From a virus, in IMG/VR virus record IMGVR_UViG_3300008266_000014, positions 32,001 through 96,000 of that record: 64,000 nt of DNA; one strand, given 5' to 3'. Below, piece after piece: positions 41,276 through 49,080 of the stretch. The position numbers were made by a program, and so were the translations under genes. Under the pieces are notes generated by a model. That model was not told where the DNA came from. It searched no databases and was given only the letters and a program-made list of their open reading frames with translations. The first letter of the stretch is position 1; each line of letters begins with the position of its first letter.

Positions 41276-41788
41276 ATGTCTCAAACTATGTTTCCATCAA
41301 AAACATACAAATATGTTTCAACAAAAGAATACCATGATGCATTTCCTTGCGCTTATAGGCAATGGCGTGCAGATTCGCATTGTAATCTGATTCATGGTTA
41401 TTCCTTTTCAATGAAGTTTTATTTTGGTACAGATGATCTTGATGTTCGTAACTGGGCGGCTGATTATGGTGGTCTGAAAGAGCTCAAGGGTGTTCTCGAG
41501 AGTCAGTTTGATCATACCTTGCTTGTTGCGGAGGATGATCCTGAATTGGATTTGTACATGGAGATGCAGCGTAGAAACATTGCCAAGCTAACCATTCTTC
41601 CAAAGTTGGGGTGTGAAGGTCTAGCAGACCAACTTTACAAATACGTAAATGGTGTATATATTCCTGACTACTGGGGTCCTGGTGAAGCCGATCGCCTTTG
41701 GTGCTATCGTGTAGAAGTTCGTGAGACACAAAGCAACATGGCTTTCCGTGAAGGTCATCGTGAATGGAATGAGGACTTGTTTGCGTGA
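41276..41788 (+). CDS. queD: 6-carboxy-tetrahydropterin synthase (QueD/PTPS family)
   Basis: SHCNLIHGY (CxxxHG), DYGGLK, FDHTLL, VEVRET motifs; in a cluster with queE. Confidence 0.85.
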   Translation: MSQTMFPSKTYKYVSTKEYHDAFPCAYRQWRADSHCNLIHGYSFSMKFYFGTDDLDVRNWAADYGGLKELKGVLESQFDHTLLVAEDDPELDLYMEMQRRNIAKLTILPKLGCEGLADQLYKYVNGVYIPDYWGPGEADRLWCYRVEVRETQSNMAFREGHREWNEDLFA

Positions 41789-42054
41789 TAAAAAGATCCC
41801 AAGTATGGTTTTCTGGTGGTAGAGTCAGGAATACTCCTTTCGATACCTCTAAGAGACATATTAGAAAACAGTTTCCCTGGGTACCAGATGGCGTATATGA
41901 TCACTCTGGTTTTCAAATACGGTATGAAATTCAACAAGGTTTTATACTCACCTGTATATCAAAAATGTGGATTGACAACGGTGGGCCAGACGATGCAGAC
42001 GTGGCGTTGAGACTACCATGGGGAACATACTTAGATATTCCACCTAAACCCTAA
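41785..42054 (+). CDS. Hypothetical protein
   Basis: 89 aa, GTGA overlap with queD stop. Confidence 0.45.
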   Translation: MIKRSQVWFSGGRVRNTPFDTSKRHIRKQFPWVPDGVYDHSGFQIRYEIQQGFILTCISKMWIDNGGPDDADVALRLPWGTYLDIPPKP

Positions 42055-42081
42055 GATGTATTAAAGTAAAAAATAATTATC

Positions 42082-42669
42082 ATGAAAAGGGAAAACTGGT
42101 TCGCTACTCCCGTTTGGTATGATGATACTGATGTGCCAGATGCAGTAGTCGAGCAAATAGCTAGCAAGTGGATATCTTTGTCACGAGATGTGCAATCAGC
42201 AAGTGTATCTAATGTTGGTGGATGGCAAAGCCATAGTCTGACATATGATGAATGTGATTCTTTTGAGAGAGAGTTATTTCATCATGTAGACCTCGCTGCT
42301 GACTTTATACACGAAGACTATAAGATAAAGAATAAAATAGTTCTCGGCAATTGGTGGGTTAACATTAACGGGTATGGTAACTACAACAGGCTCCACATAC
42401 ACGGAGGAGTTTTGTCTGGAGTTTTTTATGTGAAAACTGCTAAAGCTGACTCAGGATCCTTAATTTTCCACAGACCTTCTTACATGTACGAGGTTGCATC
42501 CTTTACTACCACCGATTTAGATTCTACAGCTTTGGAAGTTAGTTATGAGCCTTTGGATAAGAGATTGATATTGTTTCCTGCGTGGATACCCCATAGCGTA
42601 AATGCTAATTTTTCTGACCAAAAGCGAGTATCTATTGGGTTCAACTACGTCGTGGCACAGGGGTTATAG
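42082..42669 (+). CDS. 2OG-Fe(II) oxygenase (TIGR02466-like)
   Basis: SNVGGWQS, WVNIN..HIH..LSGVFY, LFPAWIPHSV..N....RVSIGFN. Confidence 0.8.
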   Translation: MKRENWFATPVWYDDTDVPDAVVEQIASKWISLSRDVQSASVSNVGGWQSHSLTYDECDSFERELFHHVDLAADFIHEDYKIKNKIVLGNWWVNINGYGNYNRLHIHGGVLSGVFYVKTAKADSGSLIFHRPSYMYEVASFTTTDLDSTALEVSYEPLDKRLILFPAWIPHSVNANFSDQKRVSIGFNYVVAQGL

Positions 42670-42709
42670 GATGTTACATAAATGTTAACTATTACTATTT
42701 TAGTAACTG

Positions 42710-42738
42710 TTGACCTATGATGAACTTATCTATATGAT
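42710..42738 (+). promoter_or_regulatory. Sigma70-type early promoter
   Basis: TTGACC-17 nt-TATGAT, followed by a CACC-GAAA-GGTG tetraloop hairpin. Confidence 0.65.
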
Positions 42739-42780
42739 AAGGGTTCCTCACCGAAAGGTGGTTTTGTAATGGAGAACATC

Positions 42781-43104
42781 ATGGCGAAAAAATCAAAAGT
42801 AGATCCAGACACGGGTTACACCCCAGAAGAGCAGCAAGAGAAGTTCAAGGAGATCTTCTCTGCAAAAAAGCAGTCAAAGCAGAAGCCACAGACCAAGCGA
42901 AAAGTACATCGCAATCCAATGGTGGAAGCAAAAAGCGAAGCGGATCTAAAGGCAAAAGCAGTGGCTCTGTATGAAGGTGGTAAGGGTCCAAAAGAGGTTT
43001 CCAAAGAACTCAGTATCAGCTATGCTAGCGCATATTACTACAAGCGCTTTGCTGGTTCTTCTGTTAAGAAAGAGCGTTTGAAAAAGTCGATGGAACGCGT
43101 GTGA
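42781..43104 (+). CDS. Basic early protein with HTH-like C-terminus
   Basis: AVALYEGGKGPKEVSKELSISYASAYYY; GGAG SD before ATG 42781. Confidence 0.55.
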   Translation: MAKKSKVDPDTGYTPEEQQEKFKEIFSAKKQSKQKPQTKRKVHRNPMVEAKSEADLKAKAVALYEGGKGPKEVSKELSISYASAYYYKRFAGSSVKKERLKKSMERV

Positions 43105-43139
43105 GGTGATTAGTGGGGTGCGACACTTCAACGCACTTA

Positions 43140-43216
43140 GGGCCGGAAGCTTAATTGGTATAAGCGTCCGACTCATAATCGGAGGACAGTGAGTTCGAGT
43201 CTCACCCGGCCCACCA
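43140..43216 (+). tRNA. tRNA with CAT anticodon (likely Ile2; elongator Met possible)
   Basis: GGGCCGG/CCGGCCC acceptor, TCCGA-CTCATAA-TCGGA arm, TTCGA, encoded CCA; lacks initiator GGG/CCC anticodon stem. Confidence 0.9.
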
Positions 43217-43231
43217 CCTGATGGAGATAAT

Positions 43232-43675
43232 ATGGAAAAGAAGTGGACATTGCCAGTACTAGAAAATCAAAACGGTGAGCTCTATATTGAACTCAATGAT
43301 GAGATTCTCGAAGGGTCTGGTTTGAATATTGGTGATACGTTGAACTGGAAAGACAACAAAGATGGATCTTACAGTCTCACAAAAGCTGAGGGTGATCTCT
43401 TCGTTGTAGATTCCATTAGCGTGTTTCACATCAGGCATGTTGTGAGAGCAAAGAATGCAGAGCACGCGATGGACGAGGTCGTGTGTGATAACGGTAATCT
43501 AAGAGAGTTTAGCCAGAAGCATGTCGATTGTAATATTATTGATGCACGAAAGATCACTGCAGAGGAGTATCTGAATATGTTTGATAAGGATAACTCATAC
43601 CTATCCAGCTGGTCTGAAGATAAAAAGTTGGAGTTCATTAATACCATTGACTACGAGAAGCACTACAAATCATGA
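43232..43675 (+). CDS. Hypothetical protein (AbrB-like N-terminus)
   Basis: GELYIELNDEIL..GL.IGDTLNW..NKDGSYSL; GGAG SD. Confidence 0.6.
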   Translation: MEKKWTLPVLENQNGELYIELNDEILEGSGLNIGDTLNWKDNKDGSYSLTKAEGDLFVVDSISVFHIRHVVRAKNAEHAMDEVVCDNGNLREFSQKHVDCNIIDARKITAEEYLNMFDKDNSYLSSWSEDKKLEFINTIDYEKHYKS

Positions 43676-43830
43676 AAGTTATTGAGAAGTGGTACGAGAG
43701 GCTGCTAGGATATGACTGGCACTATCGACTAAGATCACGGTTTACTTTTCTTGAATGGCTGTTCCTAGCAGCAGCTATTGTGTTCATTGTTTGGTGGCTC
43801 TATGACTGGTTAATTTTAGGAATACTATGA
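43672..43830 (+). CDS. Small membrane protein (52 aa, not in ORF track)
   Basis: MKVIEKWYERLLGYDWHYRLRSRFTFLEWLFLAAAIVFIVWWLYDWLILGIL; ATGA overlaps at both ends. Confidence 0.65.
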   Translation: MKVIEKWYERLLGYDWHYRLRSRFTFLEWLFLAAAIVFIVWWLYDWLILGIL

Positions 43831-44177
43831 TGGATACTAATTTACGGCGTGGTTTTTTAAAGAATCTTGGATTCCTTGGTGCATTTGCTTCCGGTGCTGC
43901 ATCAGCAAAGATCGTTATTGAAGAAAAGCTACCAGAAGTTAAGCCAGAACCAAAAGAAGATATATCTCATCTGGCACCAGAGTTTGGTGATCAGTTCGTA
44001 TTACAAGGTAATCGAAAGTACAAAGACTATTCAAATTTAACTGTAGATGGTATTTCTACCTATGGTATTCAAAGTTGGGAGTATGCAAATAGAGTGCAGC
44101 TTGGTGTAGGCAAAGATAATCGTCTTTGGCTACAGATTGGTGATAGCTGGCACAGGGTAGCACTGGAGTCCAGATGA
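43827..44177 (+). CDS. Protein with twin-arginine (Tat)-like signal
   Basis: NLRRGFLKNLGFLGAFASGAASA. Confidence 0.6.
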   Translation: MMDTNLRRGFLKNLGFLGAFASGAASAKIVIEEKLPEVKPEPKEDISHLAPEFGDQFVLQGNRKYKDYSNLTVDGISTYGIQSWEYANRVQLGVGKDNRLWLQIGDSWHRVALESR

Positions 44178-44833
44178 AAGTAAACATAGGATGCTACAAG
44201 AACTGGATTGGTCCGTACCAAATAGCTGAGAAGTTGATGTTCTGGGCTGATAAGTACGAAGACGATCGAGTACATAGACTTGGTGATCTTCTGGATAAAA
44301 TTCCAGGACTCACCAAGTTTTGTTTGTGGGTTGATAAACACAGACAGCGCAATGTTGAGGTACGCATTGACAAGTGGGACACGTGGTCAATGGATCACAC
44401 ACTCGCTCTTATCATTTTACCAATGCTGAAACAGTTACAAGAAACAAAACATGGATCACAGTTTGTTGATGATGAGGATGTACCTGAAGAACTAAAATCC
44501 ACATCTGCTCCCCCTAAGGAAAATGAGTGGGATACTGATGACAACATTCACAAAAGATGGGACTGGGTTCTTAAAGAAATGATATTTGCTTTTGAATGTA
44601 AGCTGAATGATAACTGGGATGATGAGTTTTGGACCGGAGAATGGGGGGAATCCACGTTCGTTGAGACAGGTGAAGAGCACTTTAATTCGTTGACCAACAA
44701 ATCTGAAAAGTTGTATACTATGCATAACACAGGTAATCGTACTTGTGACTGGGAAGCGCGTCAAAAGGTTCAAAACCGTATTACTAATGGTTTCAGACTT
44801 TTTGGCAAATATTATGAAGGACTTTGGGATTAA
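44174..44833 (+). CDS. Conserved phage hypothetical protein
   Basis: 219 aa; IDKWDTWSMDHTLA, RWDWVLKEMIFAF, GFRLFGKYYEGLWD. Confidence 0.7.
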   Translation: MKVNIGCYKNWIGPYQIAEKLMFWADKYEDDRVHRLGDLLDKIPGLTKFCLWVDKHRQRNVEVRIDKWDTWSMDHTLALIILPMLKQLQETKHGSQFVDDEDVPEELKSTSAPPKENEWDTDDNIHKRWDWVLKEMIFAFECKLNDNWDDEFWTGEWGESTFVETGEEHFNSLTNKSEKLYTMHNTGNRTCDWEARQKVQNRITNGFRLFGKYYEGLWD

Positions 44834-44841
44834 TCTATATC

Positions 44842-45357
44842 ATGAAAACTTTATACGTTGTACTGCTAGCAGCTGCAATTACAGGTTGTTCGAGTCAGAA
44901 GATGGTAAAGATTCCGGATTCAAAAGGAACTGTGCCAGAGTGGTTTGCTGCTGAGCCAGAAAAGCAAGGTAGTGATATCATTGTCACTGCAACAGATACT
45001 TCTCGTGATATGCAGTTTGCGATTGACAAAGCAATGCTACAGGGCCGTGTAGAGCTTGCTAATCGTATTGGTGTTCGTGTTGATTCTCTTGTTCGTGAAA
45101 GCGTCAAAGAAGATTCCGGTGCCAAGATGAAAGATGTTGATCGCGAAGTTGATCGTGTATCCAAGCAGGTAACAAATCAGATGTTATCAATGTATACGCG
45201 TGAGAAGCTAACAGTGATGAAAGAAGATGGTGGGTTCCGTGCTTTCGTCATGTTGAAAATTTCTGAAGATCAGAGTAGGAAACTTTTTGAGTTGAATCGC
45301 CGCAATCCAAAGAATCGTGACGAACAGTTCAGAGAGCTGGAAGTACTTACTCGATGA
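44842..45357 (+). CDS. Lipoprotein (LPP20-like)
   Basis: MKTLYVVLLAAAITGC lipobox; VPEWF; FAIDKAMLQGRVELA. Confidence 0.7.
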   Translation: MKTLYVVLLAAAITGCSSQKMVKIPDSKGTVPEWFAAEPEKQGSDIIVTATDTSRDMQFAIDKAMLQGRVELANRIGVRVDSLVRESVKEDSGAKMKDVDREVDRVSKQVTNQMLSMYTREKLTVMKEDGGFRAFVMLKISEDQSRKLFELNRRNPKNRDEQFRELEVLTR

Positions 45358-45383
45358 TCAACGAAAGATATATAGTAAATTAG

Positions 45384-45408
45384 AACCCGAGTTATACTCG
45401 GGTTTTTT
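45384..45408 (+). terminator. Rho-independent terminator
   Basis: AACCCGAGT-tat-ACTCGGGTT followed by T run. Confidence 0.8.
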
Positions 45409-45422
45409 ATTGTTAAATTAAA

Positions 45423-45965
45423 ATGCCAAATTCTTTTTTTATTAGCGACACTCATTTTGGTCACACAGGTGTATGTAAGTTTCTCAGAGATGATGGAACA
45501 AAACTTCGTCCGTGGGATGATCCAGATGAGATGGATCAGGCTATGATCGAGAATTGGAACAAGACTGTCCGACCGAATGATAAGGTGTACCATCTTGGTG
45601 ATGTGGTGATCAATCGAAAATCATTGAAGACACTTGCTCTTCTCAATGGTGATAAGGTTCTGATCAAAGGTAATCATGATATATTTAAACTTAATGAGTA
45701 TACAGAGTTCTTTCGCGATATAAGAGGGTATCATGTTTTAAATGGCATGATCCTTAGTCATATTCCGATCCACGAAGAAAGCATTGCAAGATTTGGTGTT
45801 AACATTCACGGACATTTGCACTACAACCGTGTAAAGAAGAATGGTGAGATTGATCCTCGCTATTTCAACGTGAGTGTAGAGCAGATTAACTATACCCCCA
45901 TTTCAATTGACGAACTGAGACAGAGAGTGATTGAACAGGGTGGACAAGTGAATTTCAGGAGCTAA
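45423..45965 (+). CDS. Calcineurin-like metallophosphoesterase
   Basis: SDTHFGH, YHLGD, KGNHD, HGHLH. Confidence 0.88.
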   Translation: MPNSFFISDTHFGHTGVCKFLRDDGTKLRPWDDPDEMDQAMIENWNKTVRPNDKVYHLGDVVINRKSLKTLALLNGDKVLIKGNHDIFKLNEYTEFFRDIRGYHVLNGMILSHIPIHEESIARFGVNIHGHLHYNRVKKNGEIDPRYFNVSVEQINYTPISIDELRQRVIEQGGQVNFRS

Positions 45966-45967
45966 TT

Positions 45968-46159
45968 ATGTCAGGCAAAGGAAGCAAACCAAGACCTTAT
46001 AGTGTTGACCAAGAAACTTTTGACAAAAATTGGGATGAGATATTCACTAAAGAAAAGAAAATGACACGTGAAGAAGCCCTGCAAGAAATGGTTAGAATCA
46101 GTGAAGAAATGGGATTATATATAGATGATCCTATCGATAATCCGTTAATCAAGAAATAA
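45968..46159 (+). CDS. Hypothetical protein
   Basis: 63 aa; GKGSKPRP..V...F..NWD.IF. Confidence 0.6.
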   Translation: MSGKGSKPRPYSVDQETFDKNWDEIFTKEKKMTREEALQEMVRISEEMGLYIDDPIDNPLIKK

Positions 46160-46160
46160 T

Positions 46161-46234
46161 CCCGGTGTAGTGTAGTGGCAACACGTTGATCTCCAAAATC
46201 AAAATTCGCGGTTCGATTCCGTGCACCAGGGCCA
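46161..46234 (+). tRNA. tRNA-Trp(CCA)
   Basis: TTGAT-CTCCAAA-ATCAA arm, GGTTCGATTCC, CCA end; one C-A mismatch in acceptor stem. Confidence 0.85.
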
Positions 46235-46263
46235 TTGACATACATATAAATATAATGTATAAT
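46235..46263 (+). promoter_or_regulatory. Perfect sigma70 promoter with embedded late promoter
   Basis: TTGACA-17 nt-TATAAT; TATAAATA at 46245-46252 within the spacer. Confidence 0.85.
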
Positions 46264-46285
46264 CTTTTTGCCGGAGGAAAAATAA

Positions 46286-46942
46286 ATGCAGAAGTTCTCT
46301 AGTTACCTTCTGAACGAGGAAGAGAGAGTTAATGACACTCGTAAGACCCAGGTTGCAACAACTGGTGGTACCTATGAGAAAACAGGTAAGTTCCTCCATC
46401 CACTTCTACAACCAAAATCCAAGATCATTAGCATTGGAGCAGGGTTGGAACACACCAAGGTAGCTTTACAAAGAGGTCTTGGTGGTGAGAAGAGTACTCA
46501 TACAATCCACGATATGGAACCTAATCCCGAAGGGAGAAAGGTAAAACCAGAGTACACCAAAGCCGAGGATATCCCTCATAATCATTATCATGCAGCAGTG
46601 TCACATAATGTATTGAATGTTGTTGAACCTCATGTACGTGAGCACGTTATGCATTCCATCTTCAATTCAATGAAGGAAGGTGGTCATGCAGTGATTGGCA
46701 CACGTAAATGGAAGGGTGATATTGATAAGACAAAAAATGCAGAACCTGGAGACGAACCCAAGTCATTGTGGGTTAAGAAGAAGGGTGGGGCATCTTATCA
46801 AAAAGGTTTTGATGGTAACGAACTAAAAGAATATGTTCATGATTACGCTTCGCGTCACGGGCATGAAGTTAAGGTTACGAACTTGAAAGGCATCGCAGCA
46901 ACTGGCGTCCATGTTCATTTGCTGAAGAAAGCAAAACCGTAA
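46286..46942 (+). CDS. Class I SAM-dependent methyltransferase-like protein, possibly capsid-targeted
   Basis: IISIGAG, HDMEP, SHNVLNVV, MKEGGHAVIGTR, YQKGF; N-terminus MQKFSSYLLNEEE. Confidence 0.7.
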   Translation: MQKFSSYLLNEEERVNDTRKTQVATTGGTYEKTGKFLHPLLQPKSKIISIGAGLEHTKVALQRGLGGEKSTHTIHDMEPNPEGRKVKPEYTKAEDIPHNHYHAAVSHNVLNVVEPHVREHVMHSIFNSMKEGGHAVIGTRKWKGDIDKTKNAEPGDEPKSLWVKKKGGASYQKGFDGNELKEYVHDYASRHGHEVKVTNLKGIAATGVHVHLLKKAKP

Positions 46943-47029
46943 TAAAGGTGGACATCAAATGGGGCAATGTTTGTAATTATTTTTGTTTTACTTCTACTAT
47001 TTTATATACATAATAGCTTTTGAAGCGCT

Positions 47030-47584
47030 ATGAATATTTTTTTATATGATGATCTCATCGATAGTAATACGGTAGATGAGACAGAGCAGCTTCTATGCGG
47101 TATCTACTTTCCATGGTATTTTCAAAACTCTACCGTGCTACCTCCTGAAGTTTTTGGTATTAGTGGAGGTCCTCTATACGATTTTCAATTCATTCACACA
47201 TTTATTAGGAATGGAGAATTAAACTCTGGTAGTGTGAATCTTCCAATGAAAATTTTTGATATTGTTGCTGAAAGATTGAAACTCAACATACGGCACGTCA
47301 CCAGAATAAAGGCTAATCTTCTCACCACGGGGTTCCCTTCAAGTCAAGATTTAGATCAACAATATCACACCGATCACACGGAAGAAAGCACATATAGTAT
47401 GATTTATTATGTTAATGATTCGGACGGTGATACTGTATTTAAAGACATCAACAACAACGAACAGAGAAGAATAAGTCCGAAAAAAGGAAGAATTGCTTTG
47501 TTTAGATCTAATATTATGCACAGAGCAACCAACCCTACTCACCATAAGCGCAGAGTTGTCATTAATTACATTTTTCAAGTATAA
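47030..47584 (+). CDS. 2OG-Fe(II) oxygenase
   Basis: RIKANL, YHTD, YYVNDSDGDT, HRATNP...RRVVINY. Confidence 0.8.
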   Translation: MNIFLYDDLIDSNTVDETEQLLCGIYFPWYFQNSTVLPPEVFGISGGPLYDFQFIHTFIRNGELNSGSVNLPMKIFDIVAERLKLNIRHVTRIKANLLTTGFPSSQDLDQQYHTDHTEESTYSMIYYVNDSDGDTVFKDINNNEQRRISPKKGRIALFRSNIMHRATNPTHHKRRVVINYIFQV

Positions 47585-47592
47585 TAACCAAT

Positions 47593-47764
47593 CATTTTTG
47601 AGAGTCCTTAAGCGAGGAGCCTAACCAGCGACCTGACTGCCGAGGGAAAACAATACCTCTTTCAATTGCATCTGGAAACCAGATATGTACGTGGTGCGTA
47701 CGCAAGACAATGAGGGGCCAACAAAATTCTGGCTTAAAAGGACATGGCAGTACTCTCAAAAATG
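47593..47764 (+). ncRNA. Candidate structured ncRNA upstream of tRNA-Asn
   Basis: 13-bp terminal stem CATTTTTGAGAGT/ACTCTCAAAAATG, several internal helices and a possible pseudoknot; no credible ORF. Confidence 0.6.
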
Positions 47765-47765
47765 T

Positions 47766-47841
47766 TGACCGGTAGCTCAGTCGGTAGAGCAGGTGACTGT
47801 TAATCACCCTGTCGCTGGTTCGATCCCAGCCCGGTCAGCCA
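47766..47841 (+). tRNA. tRNA-Asn(GTT)
   Basis: TGACCGG/CCGGTCA acceptor, GGTGA-CTGTTAA-TCACC arm, CCA. Confidence 0.95.
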
Positions 47842-48035
47842 TCTTAGATGTGGTGTTATGGAAAATCCCTGTGTACCAGGGCAGTGCACTGTCAATGGGT
47901 CCTCTGTCTAGCTAGCACGGCCAATACAGTTGATATAAACAAAAACACAGGGACGCCTATACAAATAAGTTTATTCGTTAAAAGCAAACAGTAGTAGGTA
48001 TTACTACTCATAACATGGCATCACACCTAAGATGG
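47842..48035 (+). ncRNA. Candidate structured ncRNA downstream of tRNA-Asn
   Basis: About 22-bp imperfect closing stem (47839-60/48014-35) and 9-bp TCCCTGTGT/ACACAGGGA inner stem. Confidence 0.5.
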
Positions 48036-48068
48036 ATATATACTCTTTTAAATATCACAAAGGAAAAA

Positions 48069-48836
48069 ATGAAGCATCTGTTTTTTACCTTTGCATTACT
48101 ATTCTCGGGAAGTAGTTTTGCAGGATCACAATTCGTACTCAACGTATCAAAAAATGAGGTTGTACTAGACTCAAGAGCAGAGGTTGTAAGACCAATTGCA
48201 AGTGTTACAAAATTAATGACAGCACTTGTTGTTATTGATAGTAATCTTGATATGCAGGAAAAGATTCCATATAGAGGATCAAAATCTGTTCCAGGCAAAC
48301 CAAGAACGAGAGAAGAACTCTTATCACTAATGTTAATTAAGAGTGATAATAATGCAGCAGAGTCTCTTGCAAAAAGTCATCCGCTAGGACGATCTGGATT
48401 CATCTATTTGATGAACAAGAAAGCGCAAGACATAGGAATGCAGTTTACTTCATACGAAGACCCTTCTGGTATAGGTATTAACAACCAGAGTACAGCCAAA
48501 GACTTGTCGTTGTTGTTGAAACATACTTCCAACTATTCTAAGATTACAGAGGTTGCATCCTCAACAAATTACACCCTTGTTGAACCTGTTAGCAGCAGAA
48601 AGAAAAAGAAGAAGTCGAAGGGGTATAGAGTGATTAGTGTTAATAACACCAACTTTAGACTTCTTAATGAATATGAAGAAATAAAGATTTCTAAAACTGG
48701 TTTTACTAACCCTGCTGGTAAATGTCTTGCAATGTTCATTAACAAGCACGGTGATAACTTTGCCGTTGTAATCCTTGGTGAGAGGGACATGAGAGCAGTA
48801 GAGAAAGTATCAAGAAACATCATTAATAGTTTATAG
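48069..48836 (+). CDS. Peptidase S11 D-Ala-D-Ala carboxy/endopeptidase (PBP7/PbpG-like) with signal peptide
   Basis: ASVTK (SxxK), SDN, KTG triad; MKHLFFTFALLFSGSSFA signal; AAGGA SD. Confidence 0.88.
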   Translation: MKHLFFTFALLFSGSSFAGSQFVLNVSKNEVVLDSRAEVVRPIASVTKLMTALVVIDSNLDMQEKIPYRGSKSVPGKPRTREELLSLMLIKSDNNAAESLAKSHPLGRSGFIYLMNKKAQDIGMQFTSYEDPSGIGINNQSTAKDLSLLLKHTSNYSKITEVASSTNYTLVEPVSSRKKKKKSKGYRVISVNNTNFRLLNEYEEIKISKTGFTNPAGKCLAMFINKHGDNFAVVILGERDMRAVEKVSRNIINSL

Positions 48837-48911
48837 CCCACTTAGCACAATTGGTAGTGCAACTGATTTGTAATCAGTAGGTTGGGAGTTCGAGTCTCTC
48901 AGTGGGCACCA
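48836..48911 (+). tRNA. tRNA-Thr(TGT)
   Basis: GCCCACT/AGTGGGC, ACTGA-TTTGTAA-TCAGT, CCA. Confidence 0.95.
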
Positions 48912-48912
48912 T

Positions 48913-48989
48913 CTCGGTATAGCACAGCCTGGTAGTGCGCCTGGTTTGGGACCAGGAGGTCGGGAGTTCGATCCTCTCTACCGAGACCA
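48913..48989 (+). tRNA. tRNA-Pro(TGG)
   Basis: CTCGGTA/TACCGAG, CCTGG-TTTGGGA-CCAGG, CCA. Confidence 0.95.
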
Positions 48990-48996
48990 GTAATAG

Positions 48997-49079
48997 GCGT
49001 CTGTGGCGTAATTGGTAGCCGCGCTGGATTTAGGTTCCAGTCTTTCGGGGTGGGGGTTCGAGTCCCTCCAGACGCACCA
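48997..49079 (+). tRNA. tRNA-Leu(TAG)
   Basis: GCGTCTG/CAGACGC, CTGGA-TTTAGGT-TCCAG, variable arm, CCA. Confidence 0.93.
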
Positions 49080-49080
49080 A

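Noticed and set aside
47593-47764. Retron msr-msd, or canonical RNase P RNA / group I intron
   Set aside because: Terminal inverted repeats resemble retron a1/a2, but there is no reverse transcriptase in the window and no long msd hairpin. RNase P GAGGAAAGUCC and group I P7 signatures are not evident.
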